From Octopus sinensis (taxonomy: Eukaryota), in contig NC_043001.1 of assembly GCF_006345805.1 (NCBI RefSeq), positions 99,262,001 through 99,326,000 on the forward strand: DNA of 64,000 nucleotides. The letters run 5' to 3'. This document shows positions 1 to 13,005 of the stretch, piece by piece; positions within the stretch are counted from its first letter, which is position 1; the number at the start of each line of letters is the position of its first letter. The notes under the pieces were generated by a model that was not told where the DNA came from, did not search any database, and saw only the letters and a list, made by a program, of their open reading frames with translations. The translations under genes were made by a program, and so were the position numbers.

Positions 1-119
1 TCTTTCTCTGCAGGTAATTGATAACATCACAATGCCAAATTTTGTCTATTTTCAAGAGAAGCTGCAGCTAGTTACTTTTGAAGTCAAATCTTTTTTTGAA
101 CAGTCAGATATCAGTTTAC
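1..119 (-). other. Candidate host exon (runs off the window start), probably UTR, terminal or non-coding
   Basis: Minus strand reads TTATTAAC (branch-like)...TGCTTTGTTTCTTTCCAG|G at 120, a strong acceptor. All three frames stop within about 70 nt. Confidence 0.3.
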
Positions 120-592
120 CTGGAAAGAAACAAAGCAGTTGTTAATAACAAGAGGTTCGAATGATCACAAGGTGGTTCATATCATCAGAGTCATTGTGTT
201 GTTTCCAAGCAAAAACCAATAAAAATATTTCACAGCTCTAGCATCACTCCTTCATAGTCAGCCTATGAACTTTTCAGTCCACCCTTGTAAATCCCACAGA
301 CATTTTGTATGATGCCTTAACAATTCTAATCATCCAACACCAATGACTGCACTGTTAACACATGCATACATACTCACATGCATGCACATGTGGGTGTGAA
401 TGTGTTTGAAAATTGATATTTTGAAAAATAACATTCTTTCACCCACTTCCAAGATTATGTTTTCTTTACATTGGAAGCCCTTCCTATAAATTCTTGTCTC
501 TGCTATTTATGCTTTTTTAATAGATTTTACACTAAATTCTCAGAATGCAAAAAACCCAAATAAATAAACTAAAAAGAGGGCAAAATAATAAC

Positions 593-651
<59 letters not shown>

Positions 652-653
<2 letters not shown>

Positions 654-2334
654 ATGAAAACTCACAGCTTATTTTGCTGGGTATGATGGAAAGTGTCAGC
701 TGTCCACAGCCAGCAGACTAAGGTGACACTTGTTTATTGGTCATGCTTCAAGAACCTGTGAAGAATTCTTGCAGTTCCAAGCAATGCTGATTTTTGTATG
801 TGTTCTACCTTCACCCTTGCACCAATCTTTTTCAGCCATGTTGGTAGTTGAGTGCTGATACTTCCAAGTACACCAACAACTGCTGGTATCATGTCTACTC
901 TCTTCAATGACCACATCCTTTGCATTTCCCACTTTAAATCATCATAGTTGTTTTATTTTTTCTCCTTCTTCCACATTGATCCTGTGTTCACTGGGGCATG
1001 CTATGTCAATTCCCCAAGGAACTCACTTGTGTCTCATCATTGCCATACAGTTTCAAATCATCCATGAAGAGGAAGTGGTTAATATCAGATTTCAGATTAT
1101 GAACTCAATACACAGCTTTTAGTTTTTCTGTCAAGTTTCTGTATGTCCCTTTTGGTCCAATCTACAATTCCAACTTTATATCTGATTACCAGTACTGCTC
1201 ATGCATTTATTGCTTCAATAATATTTTTGAATTCAACTATGACTGTAATATTTTTCTCACTCTGCTTGTATACTTCCTACTGGTAATTTGCTTCATCTCT
1301 TGATATTTTATTTCATCTGCCTCCAATATTACCAAATATTTATACCACTGTCCTTTCTCAACTTTCATTGTTTGCCCATTTAATATTTCACTTCCCTGGC
1401 TTCCATCAAATCTTCCTTGTTTCATTATCAATATAGTGCACTACCTTCATCATTTGAGAAAATGCAAACAATATGTACAAAACTTTTAAACCACTTCTCA
1501 TTTTTCGTATAAAGCTTTATATCATCTATAAAAAGATGATTTATCTGATCATATCCTTTTTCCAAATCATTAACTATTTTAACTTCTCATAATATTAAAC
1601 TGAGTGGTATCGTGGCTAATACAAATAGTAATTTCACCTTGAAATATACCACATCTGATATTCACTTTTCCAAGTCTCTGTTTCCCTCCAATCAATTCAG
1701 TATTCAAATTTTTCACTTTCATTCATCATTTTCTCCATATTTTCTGTCACTCCAGACATGCTCATTGTTTTACTTATCCAACTCTGTGGTAACATGTTAT
1801 ATGGTTTTCTGTAATCCAACCACGCTACATTCAATCCCATCAGTCTGCATCTACAATTTCTAATTATCATTTTATTAGTGGTCTTTTGTTAAACTATTTT
1901 GCTTCCTGCATCCTTTCTGCTCTACTAGCAGGAGATTGTTACTTTCCAGATGATTATATAACTTTTCATCAAGAAACTGGTCGTAAGCTTCCACATAAAT
2001 GGTAAACTGATTATAGAATGGAAAATTTAATACCAATTTACTTTTCAAGTGTCCTTGAGACATAGCAATGTTCATCCACTTGTCATCCAGGTAGGGACGT
2101 GACACCACTGCAAGCATTCATCCAAGTGTCCAGTGATCCTTTCATGCAACTGTGTAAAATTCTTCAGCTAATAACATTGTACGCCATCTGAATCAGGTCC
2201 TTTCCAGTTTACTATGATTAGCTGATTTGATTCACTAATGTTCTCTCAAAATGTCACTTACTTTGCCTGTGGCTCTCCTTACTTTCCTTCTGTCCATATA
2301 CCTCACATTCAGTGGCACTTCATTGTTCACACCA
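652..2334 (-). mobile_element. 5'-truncated, degenerate R4/Dong-clade non-LTR retrotransposon (RT + restriction-like endonuclease)
   Basis: C-terminal peptide IPAVVGVLGSI...IQKSALLGTARIL (734-925) is typical of the R4/Dong REL domain. RT pieces YKYLVILE (1237-1431), EQKGCRK (1875-2117) and an FIDDIKLY-like motif near 1510-1535. Both flanks are (TAA)n, the known Dong target. Confidence 0.85.
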
Positions 2335-2344
2335 ATTATTATTA

Positions 2345-2400
<56 letters not shown>

Positions 2401-2950
2401 GAGTGAGAGAGCAGTGCATGCTATCAAAGTGACACTGGGCTAAAATATATAAAGCCCAGTATACCCATCATGACTACCTATCTGATAAGGGTACACCAGG
2501 CACATGCATCACAACCATATGTGCGTGACATGGTGATCTCACATCAAGATAAACAGCACATGACCTTGCAGGTGGGGCCCAGTTAGAATTTTCTTCTGGT
2601 CAAGTAACCCATCCCACTCAAAAGGTCCGTGAATAAGGGTTGTTTAAGGATGTTAAACGAACCACCCATGTTTCCAGAGGTGGATTATTCAAACCCCAAA
2701 GAATCCCTCTCAACACATGGCTATGATGCTCCCCCACTACTTCTACTCATGATCAGAGATGCACATATTGTCAGCCACTAAGGGACATGCTCAACTAGTT
2801 ATGGTCAAACAACTGACAAGCAAATCTGTGGTATTGAGCAGAACATTTGCCCATCTTTTATACCTAGACAAAACAATGTACGTGATAACACTTCCAATCA
2901 GTTAAGATCAGAAGCCATGAGAGCCACTGTCTGGTACTGCATCAGGGTAT
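2401..2950 (-). mobile_element. ~550-bp non-coding element in (TAA)n, copy 1
   Basis: Highly similar end-to-end to 3017-3570 with identical boundaries (GAGTGAGAGAGCAG...GCATCAGGGT). No ORF, TIR or tRNA head seen. Strand inferred from the (TAA)n tail. Confidence 0.75.
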
Positions 2951-2960
2951 TTATTTATTA

Positions 2961-3016
<56 letters not shown>

Positions 3017-3570
3017 GAGTGAGAGAGCAGTTCATGCCATCAAAGTGACACTGGGGTAAAATATACGAAGCCCAATATACCCATCATGACTACCCGTCTG
3101 ATAAAGGTACACCAGGCACATGCATCACAACCATATGTGCGTGACATGGTGATCTCATATCAAGATAAACAGCACATGACCTTGCAGGTGGGGCCCAGTT
3201 AGAATTTTCTTCAGGTTGAGTAGCCCATCCCACTCAAACGGTCCCTGAATAAGGGTTGTTTAAGGATGTTGAAAGAACCACCCATGTTTCCAGAGGTGAA
3301 CTATTCAAACCCCAAAGAATCCCTCTCAACATATGGCTATGATGCTCCCCCACTACTTCTGCTCGTGATCAGAGATGCACATATCGTCAGCCACTAAGGG
3401 ACATGCTCAACTGGTTAAGGTCAAACAACTGACAAGCAAATCTGTGGTATTGAGCAGAATATTTGCTGTAGCCCATCTTTTATACCAAGACAAAACAATG
3501 TACATGATAACACTTCCAATCAGTTAAGATCAGAAGCCATGAGAGCCACTGTCTGGTACTGCATCAGGGT
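3017..3570 (-). mobile_element. ~550-bp non-coding element in (TAA)n, copy 2
   Basis: Direct repeat of 2401-2950 with scattered substitutions and a small indel. Confidence 0.75.
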
Positions 3571-3582
3571 ATTTATTTATTA

Positions 3583-3644
<62 letters not shown>

Positions 3645-3661
3645 TTATTATTATTATTATT

Positions 3662-4120
3662 TGACATTTGATAATTTCAGGTAGATTTCTATTGCATCAC
3701 CTGCTACATCTCCATGTCACTCAGGTGTGTCAAGCATTGTGTGTTCTTTTTTGTTGTTGGGGAGTGCAACCTTTTCCTGATATCATATTGCATCAGTTTG
3801 TTTTGTTATGGTGTTTGGTTGCAGTTTTTTGTTGTATTAGTGTTTGCATTGTGTGTTGTGTGTTTAATGTAAGTTGTGTTCTGGCTTGTAATCTTCTGTT
3901 GGGTATCTGGCCTGTAGGTATTATTGTTGTTATTAACCTTCTATTATTATTATTATTTCAGCTAGGTTTTGTTTTAACCAAACTCATAATTTATTCAAGC
4001 CCTCCTGTAGTGTTTGAATAGCAGGGTGTGGCTATCGCAGTTCATGCTGTACTTGAAGTGTTGGGGTTATTAAGAACTCGGTCAACACCTACCTACCATC
4101 TTCCCCCATTTCCTCCACTC
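3662..4120 (-). mobile_element. Third putative (TAA)n-tailed element fragment
   Basis: Minus strand is A/C-rich and ends ...ATCAAATGTCAA(TAA)n. It is unrelated to the two neighbours and the far boundary is uncertain. Confidence 0.4.
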
Positions 4121-4436
4121 CACATTAACAGCCCACTAGCAATCGTCACAATCTATTCTTTGTTCTATATTGATGAAGCTATTCTATCTTCTTTTTTCAC
4201 TGAAGGATAAATTTTATTTGTAATATCAATATAGCTTATTAGACTTGCACATTTCTAATTATGCTAGAACCCTAGTACTTCTGTAAAATACCATATGTAA
4301 TATGAATTGCAATTTTTAGGCCTAAATTATCTTAAAACCTTTAATTACCATGTATAACATGCAGAGTTGCATAACTGCTGCAGTAAATAATTTATTATAA
4401 TCCAATATATTCAGGTGTCTGCTCTCTGTGTGCCTA

Positions 4437-4491
<55 letters not shown>

Positions 4492-7356
4492 CTCTTCTCC
4501 CACTCACTCTTCCCACTCACTCTTCCCCCTCTCTCTCTCTCTTTCTCTCTATACATAAGTTTCAAAATTTGAGCAAAAACAAAGGAACAAATGGAAAATT
4601 CACACATAGGACAAGACGTTGCTAATTCCTCAAATCTTGTCATCATAAAAGATCCTTACTATTTCATGCCTTCAACGATAATATTGTTCACTTTTGGTGG
4701 CATCAGTGGCAAGAAGCTGTTGGGAATAGTGAATGAACAGGGGACAGTGACCAAAACAAACATGACAACATACATACATGCACATGTGTGTGTATGTGTG
4801 TTGGGAGAGGGTGTACGCATATGTGTGTGTGTTTGTGTGTGAGAGAGAAGAGGGGAGACTGTTTATCTTATGCATCCTGATTTTAAAATAGTTATGTAAC
4901 ATCCCTGAATGTAAGGAGCAACCAAAAGAGTTGACAAAAAGGACATAAAACATTGCCACCAAAGACTTTTCCACCCATGCCAACATAAAAAAGTGGACAT
5001 AAAATGATGATGATGATGATAATGATGTGTGAGTATGTGTGTTTGAGTATATATGCATGTCTGTGTTTATCTTTACCTCAGTCTAGAAACTGATGTTTAT
5101 CAATTGTATCATATTATGTCTCATAACTTAGTGATTCAACAAATAGAGATTAATGAAATAAGTACCAGGCTCAAATAAGTATTAGGGACGATGTGACTGA
5201 CTAAAACTCTTGATTATGATGCCCCAGCATGGCCACAGTCCAGTAACTAAAACCAATAAAAGATTCCACATCAGAAATCAGCTGATACAAAAAGTTCACA
5301 AAATAGTGTAAATTACTTTGCTACAAGAAAGTGGAAAAAATTGATGTTTTAATTCTTCCAAATAAATTCCTTTCTCTGTCATAGCAAATTAAGTCTATAT
5401 TAGCCCTTATTTAATTTTAGCATAGAATTTTAAAATGACACCTAACGTTTTTGTGAAGCCCCTTTCCTTTAAAATAAATGAATAGTCATTGGACTTTTGT
5501 GTTTTGAATGTCAGAGATTCAGAATCTGCAAAAGTTATTTTGCTTTGATTAAAACAATTTTTTTTTTTTAATTAGAATATGATTAGGGTTACAAGATTTA
5601 CAGTAATCACCCAACTATTCAAGTACTGTAGGAGGGCTTAAACATCAGTGCTAGAGAACTTGCTGATTGTTTACAACCTCACAACTTCATGTTTAATTCA
5701 CATTCTGACCCTCATATATGCAGGTATTTCTGCTATGCTCAATATATTAGTATGTAACAACCTTCAGTATTTCAATACCACACCCACAGAAAATTCTAGA
5801 ACTTAGGAGAAAATAGACCTCTTGTCAAAATAATTCTTCTCTTGGTGAACAAAAAGTTGTCTAACTACATAACAGAAGATAGCTTTCTTAAGAGCCAACG
5901 TGGAGAACATGTACATGATTGCTCACCTTGCTAGAAATAGCAACCAAATCTTCCCTAAATTACACTCAGCTGTCTTAAAAACGAAAGACACGTTAGATCA
6001 GTGTTTTCCAGCATGTTCTTGATGATAGGTTGACTCAACTAACACCTCTCCTTAAATGTTTTGTAACAATATTCAAAACAGGTGAAGTTAAATTTGAATT
6101 CCTGCACCTTTTGAAATTAATTTAAAACCCCACCCCATGGGTATTAGCACCTTGAGATGGTAAACACTGCATTTGATGATGTAGGCATGGGTATACATTA
6201 TCTAAAAATGTGAGGTTGTCATAAGTGGAATGCTTATGGCCATAGATCTGCCACATCTGAGTCCAAGCAACAACAGCAACAACAACATCAACAACAACAG
6301 CAGCAGCAGCAGCAACAAAAGCAACAGGCTCTCTTAAAAACACAGGACTGAAATTTACTTCTTTTCTTTATTTTCTATGCACACTTTGTCCATGTTATCA
6401 TGAGGACGATAAATTTTGGGAGCATTAGATTTCTAGTAACCATTCAAATGAATAGGAATGGAACCCATTTCCCTCAGTCAAGCAGTTGTAAAAATGTTAT
6501 TAGCTTTACTTAGAAACAAAACACAATGGCTCTGATGATATGTGTCATTTTGTGATCAATAGACCAACATTTGAATCTCAGAGTCACTGTCTCTCTCAGA
6601 TCATATCTCTTGAAAAATAGAAAGGGAAGCAAACTTTGTATGAAAAAGAGATTGAAGTCTAGTAAAGTGAAATGCATACAGGAATTCTAGAGATGAAAAA
6701 TATTATTTTTTGCTTTCCATAATATGATAAATGATTTTAAATGTTGGACTATGGCATTCAAAAACACACAAAAAGTACAAAATGTGACTGAAAGTATCTT
6801 AATTTTTTTTTTATTAATATGTACTAAAAATTCCTGACCAAACATTCTTTTGACGTTGATGAAAAGTTAGGACATTTATAACATTTTTTACATGTGGAAC
6901 ATTTGTAAATAGAGGAAATACTGGCTATATGACATGTCCAATTCCTCAACATTATCACTACCACCACCACCACACAATCAGATTGTTAGTCATTTGAATG
7001 GTTTTTATATATTACCAATATACTGCATGGTCATATAGAAGAATATTTGTCTTATTTGTCGGATGCAACAACTTGAGAGTGTAAGATTGTCAAAGGAAGG
7101 AAAAACATGAAAACGAAATAGCAGTTAACAGGAAACAAAACTCTACAGCTCCTGATAAGTTAACTTTGACATATTTAATGCTTGAACCATTAAGAAACTA
7201 ACAAGAAATAGTTATGTGATGAGATGATGAGATTAAAAGAAAATACAAAAAAAGATTTTAGTCAATGACTAATCTTATGACATTATTAATCATATTTTCA
7301 TTTTTCTGGTAAGTGCAAGAGACATTTTCATATGTGTATATATATATATATATATA

Positions 7357-9055
7357 CTAGCTGGTGTACCTGGTAATTCCCGGGGGTAAAGATGTTCTAT
7401 TGAAATGTCTTATTACTCTGATATAAGAAAACAATTTCGTTATAACTGCCACAAAAGGTGTATTTTTCGTTGAGAAAAAGAACATGAGAAAGATTATCGA
7501 AGGTTGCTGAGAGAGGTTATATAAATATATGAATGGAGTGTTTGAAGAAAATGCAATAATAACATTCACACTAACTGATGGTCACTCTCAGTAACTACTT
7601 TTAGCTTATGGAGTTCTTGTTTTTATAACTATCGAAAAGCAGCCAGAAGGACAGACATACTGTTGAGAATAAATGATTTCGTTGGAGGTCTGTTATCTCC
7701 ATTCCAGCCAGTGGTGGCCTAGAAGAGGTTAGAAGGGTCAAGTGGCAAAGACATTATTCTGCTTAGCGAAGGCATCTGAGAAATGTATAACTGCTGTCAT
7801 TCAAAGAAAAACTATTGTTTTACTGTGAGAAAAGCGCTGTTGAAGTGTTAGGTGAAATTTGGCTATCGAGGATCAAATCCACACTATGCCTGCATGAAGT
7901 CACTACAAATACATTGCGGAATAAAAAATTTATCTACTGTCATGGAAAAAGTGTAACTGTAAAAATGCAGAATTATCGGAGTAATGGACATTCAAAAAAG
8001 TATGTATGAATGAAGTCTTTAAGGTTTAAGATTCAAATTAAAGAAGTGCAGTAATAATGTTTAGCAGTTCAAGACTGTGAGTAGTGAAATGCAAAATTAG
8101 GTTGGCTGATCGTGAGAATCAAATATTGATCGCTTCGCTAAAAACAGCAGGGGGTATGGGTTATTTCCCTTGGGTTGTTTAAATAAAATATTAGTAATAT
8201 GTAATAGATAAAAGGATCCATTGGAGGAGCCTTGTTATCAATTTTTTCAGCAATCTAAGCGTGTTACGAGGTTTCCAGACATGAGTTCTACTCATGTGTC
8301 AAATAAAGCATAAAAGTGATATTGTCTACAAAAATTAGAAATTAGACACACAAAAAATCAATATTTAAAGTAATCGAACATAAACAATGAAACCTGTAAA
8401 ATATTTCTAAATTTGATGTCTCAATTCGTTACATGAACATGTATGAACTGTAAGTAAGCAATAAATATTATGATTTGTAAGATAAGTGTTACAGGGTATC
8501 CCAACTAAATGTGGAGTGGAAGTTTGGTTTCATTTTTTAAGAATTTTAAGCATTCAAAGTATGAGTTCATTGTACTGGGACACACTTATTAAATAAATTC
8601 TGGAATAAAAAATTTATGTACTGTCATTGAAAAATTTTAACTGGAAAAATGCAGAATTATCAGAGTTATAGGCATTGAAAGTGTACATGCATCAAGAAAG
8701 TGCAATAATAAGGTTAAGCAGTTGAAAACTGTGAGTAGTGAAATGCAGAATTAGGTCCGCTGATTGTGAGAATCAACTATTGATCGCTTCGCTAAAAACT
8801 AACAACTGTAAATGCAGGTGCTATGGGTTATTTCCTTTGAGTGTCAAAAGAAAAAAAGTTATATGAGGTAGATATAAAGATCCCTTCTAGGGGCTGTATT
8901 ATTGATTTTTTCAACAATCTAAGTATGTCTTGAGGTTTTCAGACATGAGTTTTATTCACATGTCAAGTTTCATCAAAATCAATAAAACGATGTAGGAGGA
9001 ATTAGCTAACAATGCCATAAACAAACACACACCAATTTTCCACATATGTAATAGA
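7357..9055 (-). mobile_element. Non-autonomous Helitron with internal duplication
   Basis: Minus-strand 5' A|TCTATTACATAT..., 3' GC-rich hairpin (CCCGGGAATTACCAGG) followed by CTAG|T. No TSD, TA-repeat context. Segments ~7915-8300 and ~8600-8965 are diverged duplicates. A second family member lies at 56624. Confidence 0.75.
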
Positions 9056-9094
9056 TATATATATACACATATATACATATCATTTTTTATTTTT

Positions 9095-9465
9095 TTATTT
9101 TACTTGTTTCAGTCTCTTAACTGTGGCCATGCTGAAGCACTGCCTTTAGTCAACCAAATCGACCCCAGGACTTATCCTTTGTGTGCCTAGTACTTATTCT
9201 ATCTGTCTATTTTGCTGAACTGCTAGGTCACAAGGACGTAAACACACCAACAGTGGTTGTCAAGCAATGGTGAGGGGGACAAACACAGAGACACACACAA
9301 ATATATACATAGGCACACATGCACAGGCACACACACACACACATATACGACAGGATTTTTTCAGTTTCTGTCCACCAAATCTACTCACAAGGCTTTGGTC
9401 AGCCCAAGACTATAGTACCGTGTGGTTGGGAAGCAAGCTTCTTGCCACACAGCCATGCCTGTGCC
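9095..9465 (-). mobile_element. Octopus tRNA-derived SINE (OK/OR-like family with internal CA/TA microsatellite)
   Basis: Diverged copy of 28776-29205. Confidence 0.85.
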
Positions 9466-9480
9466 TCTGTGTTGTGTGTG

Positions 9481-9522
<42 letters not shown>

Positions 9523-10432
9523 GTATTTATGTATGTATGTATCTTCAAATATATCTTGCCTTGGTTTCTCAACTCCTGATAGAGTTGTAAAGATGTCATC
9601 ATGACATACAGTCTGTCTTTAACACTTGTAGACACCTGGCAGAGCCCATCCCTCAATTTCTTCCAGAATGCAACAGACAAACAAACAGGAAAAAGGGAAG
9701 AGAAAAATTAACCTCAGTATCACTGTGGTACTTTGTTTATCATGTCCCAAAAAGGCAAAGTTGACCTTGGTAGTATATGAAGTTAGAGTCAACAGAACCT
9801 AAAGACAATCTACCCAAAGTTCTAATGAGTTTGCTAATTCACCACCTTAATCTTCATATATATCTTATTTTGATCCCATCAATGAAGCATACCCCTCACT
9901 GTACTTGTGAAAGTTAAAAAGTAATTCATAAATGAATAACATTGTTCATCATGCTAAACTCTGGAAAAATCATACATGATTTTCCAATTGTAAATATATT
10001 ATTTAAAGACATCTAAATCTTTAAAGTCCTGAACTAGATGCCATAAAGCACAAACCAGTCACAATATTGACTTTGTAGGCAAATGCCTAGTTCTCGCATT
10101 TTTTAGCAAGTTACTGAAATTGAGATATTAGGCTTTTTTGTTTCTGGAAGCATATCTCCAAATCAGTTTGCACACCTAATTTATTTCAGTAGCTTACAGC
10201 CTGCTTATTTTATGGTACTGCAAAAACTCTGTGTGAAAATTATGCTAGCTACTACAAGCACTTATATATCCTTGTATTTCAAACATATGTTTGATAATGT
10301 TTCTTACATAATCTTTAACAAGTCATATTTCATACCATACTGTTGTAGAGTGAATTAATAAGACAGCAAATTCTTGCATTATCCTTGACTCAGTTCTGAA
10401 TACAAGTGTTCACATGATACCATGCAGTCATA

Positions 10433-10490
10433 GTTAACACAGTGGTATATCAGGTTAACACAGTAGTATATTAGATTAACACAGTGGTAT
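10433..10490. repeat. 21-bp tandem repeat x~3 (TTAACACAGTGGTATATCAGG)
   Basis: Visible periodicity. Confidence 0.8.
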
Positions 10491-10886
10491 AATCTGGATA
10501 AGCTAATAGTTGTATTAAAGTAAATTCAAAATTTAATTTTATCAAATTGTAAGTTTAAATGTAAGTAAACACTGATTACAAGCATATTGAAATAAATAGA
10601 AAAAGAATTTAAAATCCTTGAGAATAATGCCTTAAAAAAACATGTCAATAATATATACATGTATCATGCATCAAGGACATGCCCTTTGGGTGAGGAAGAT
10701 AGGCAGTAAATTTCCAAATTAAAACTATAAATATTAATTATAGAATATAAGAAGTAAATGATTATAAACTCATTATAAAAATGCTAGTTTAGTGTATGAA
10801 ATTCAATATATAATTCAATAAATGGCTATTATTTTACTTGACAAACACAATTTCTCTGTACTCTACAACCTCAACATATATATATA

Positions 10887-11254
10887 TATCATAAAATATA
10901 TTTGCCAGCTAAATGTGGCGGTCCTATAGAGGACGGTGTTACTGCTATTTTTAGCCCCAGGAAGACATCTCCTCCAGTTGGCCAACGACACACTGTCTGT
11001 ATCTGATTAGTATTTGCGAGGGAGGTCATTGCTCAGATCTCTAGTCTAGAGATGGAAGCGATGACCTCCCTCGCAAATACTAATTGGATACAGACTGTGT
11101 CGTTGACCAACTGGAGGAGATGTCTTCCTGGGGCTAAAAATAACAGTAACGCCATCCTCTATAGGACTGCCACATTTAGTTGGCAAATATATTTTACGAT
11201 ACTATACTGTTACTGTTTATCTCTTGTTCAGGGATTTAGTATAACTTATCTTTC

Positions 11255-11255
<1 letters not shown>
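10887..11255 (+). mobile_element. ~315-bp near-perfect palindrome (10887-11201) plus 3' extension; structured-motif family member 1
   Basis: Arms are reverse complements about the centre ATCTCTAG-T-CTAGAGAT (11037-11053). Related to 25828-26126 and 11895-12112. Confidence 0.8.
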
Positions 11256-11302
<47 letters not shown>

Positions 11303-11304
<2 letters not shown>

Positions 11305-11478
11305 CATAGGAGTGACTGTGTGGTAAGTAGCTTGGTTACCAACCACATGGTTCTAGGTACAGTCACACTGCGGGGAACTTTGGGCAAGTGTCTTCTACTA
11401 TAGCCTCGGGCCAACCAAAGCCTTGTGAGTGGATTTGGTTGACGGAAACTGAAAGAAGCCCATCGTATATAGGTATAT

Positions 11479-11548
<70 letters not shown>

Positions 11549-11580
11549 ATGTTTGTGTGTCTGTGTTTGTCCCCTGTGCA
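11303..11580 (+). mobile_element. tRNA-SINE, 5' half
   Basis: GGCATAGGAGTGACTGTGTGGTAAG head, then TTGGGCAAGTGTCTTCTACTATAG, as in 28776. Confidence 0.85.
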
Positions 11581-11599
11581 ACACGACGACCTTGAACCC

Positions 11600-11822
11600 A
11601 CAAGAGTAAACAAGAGAGACAGAGACAGGCAGAAACTAGGAAAATGTCCCTTGTACTTGAATACTATGCAAATATTCTTTTAAAAAACTTTTCTTTTAAT
11701 GTTTCCAAAATTTAATTGTTTTCCATACTTACAGTTGAAAAAGTCTTAATGACTGAAACCGGTACTGAAATGTTTCGTATAAAATTATTTTAGCATTTTC
11801 TACCTTGACTGTTTTTTTCCAT
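11600..11822 (+). mobile_element. Solo Penelope-type pseudo-LTR remnant with degenerate minimal hammerhead (11732-11767)
   Basis: CAG-TTGAAAA-AGTC-TTAAT-GACT-GAAA-CCGG-TA-CTG: stems I and II, GAAA and a palindromic stem III are present, but the CUGANGA box is mutated. Confidence 0.55.
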
Positions 11823-11827
11823 ACATG

Positions 11828-11894
<67 letters not shown>

Positions 11895-11895
<1 letters not shown>

Positions 11896-12112
11896 GAAAT
11901 ATTAAAATTACTAAGTCTCTATAAAAGAGATTATGGCAGCGTTTACTGGAAATTAATTGTTATCGCCATATTAATATGGCATTCTTATAGATATAAGAAT
12001 AATCGCTGCCATGGTCAGCTCCATGAGGCCACTGCCATCAAGATAGCTATTGATACACGATCTGTATCCATTATAACCTTCGAACAAGGGAGGTCAGCCG
12101 CTTCACACTGCC
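11895..12112 (-). mobile_element. Structured-motif family member 3 (single arm, divergent)
   Basis: Shares CCTCCCT..GGATACAGA..GTGT, AATAGC and the helix order with 10887-11255 and 25828-26126. Confidence 0.65.
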
Positions 12113-12117
12113 AGTCC

Positions 12118-12950
12118 TTTTATCCTTTTATTCTTTTACTTGTTTCAGTCATTTGACTGCAGCTGTGTTGGAGCACTGCCTTTATTCAAGCAAACTGACC
12201 CCAGTACTTATTCTTCGTAAGCCTAGTACTTATTTTATCAGTCACTTTTGTCGAACTGCTAAGTTACGGGGACATAAACGCACCAGCATCAGTTGTCAAG
12301 TGATGTTGGGGGGGACAAACACAGACACACAAATACATACACACACATACATACATTCATGTATATACACACATACATTCGTATATCTCTCTCTATATAA
12401 ACGGCAGTTTGTCTGTGTGTGTTTCTGTGTGTCTGTTTGGTTGTACCCTCACTCTGACCACGGCTTTCAACCGATTCTGATGAAATTTGACACACACATA
12501 GCCCAATGTCATTATTCAAAACTAACGCAGCGAAAATTTTGAAAAGTTCCCCCAGTTCTGAAAAAAATCGATAAATTCGACATGGGGTCGAGAATCAGAA
12601 ACACAAACCACAGACTGTCTAGGGGACGCAACTCCACCTTTTTAACTCTAAAAAAAATTTACCATCATTTTTTCCCCATTTTTTTGCTATATTTTGGCTA
12701 TAACTATCTTAAAATGCTTTATAGTTATTTCCCTTACAAACCCGAGCAACACCGGGCGATACTGCTAGTATATATATATATATATATAAAATGGGCTTCT
12801 TTCAGTTTCTGTCTACCAAATCCACTCACCAGGCTTTGGTTGGCCTGTGGCTATAGTAGAAGACACTTGCCCAAGGTGCCATATAGTGAGACTGAACCTG
12901 GAACCATGTGGTCGGTAAGCAAGCTACTTACCACACAGCAACACGTGTGC
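12118..12950 (-). mobile_element. tRNA-SINE interrupted by a Helitron in its internal microsatellite
   Basis: SINE tail 12118-12385 and head 12785-12950 match the family of 28776-29205. Confidence 0.85.
12386..12768 (+). mobile_element. Non-autonomous Helitron
   Basis: A|TCTCTCTCTATATAAA...GTCTGTGTGT 5' end. Hairpin CCCGAGCAACACCGGG (12741-12756) then CTAG|T. Confidence 0.85.
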
Positions 12951-12973
12951 CTATATCACCACCACCATCATTG

Positions 12974-13005
<32 letters not shown>

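Larger units (their letters stand above)
590..3661. repeat. (TTA/TAA)n microsatellite split into four blocks (590-651, 2335-2400, 2950-3016, 3570-3661) by element insertions
   Basis: Directly visible trinucleotide runs. Confidence 0.95.

Noticed and set aside
4322-5058. ORFs rich in ER, HT, CV or YI dipeptides (also ~9.3, 11.2, 18-21, 25.3, 29.4 and 59.4 kb)
   Set aside because: Translations of dinucleotide microsatellites.
6265-6330. Poly-Gln exon
   Set aside because: The CAA/CAG frame is bounded by stops within about 46 codons and has no convincing splice sites.
9555-9680. Minus-strand coding exon
   Set aside because: A pyrimidine tract is present but there is no good acceptor AG and only a weak GC donor.
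11055-11100. SECIS or HDV-like ribozyme in the palindrome arm (ATGA...AAA...GA; GACCTCCCTCGC)
   Set aside because: The SECIS helix II cannot pair and I could not build the HDV P1/P2 pseudoknot by eye.
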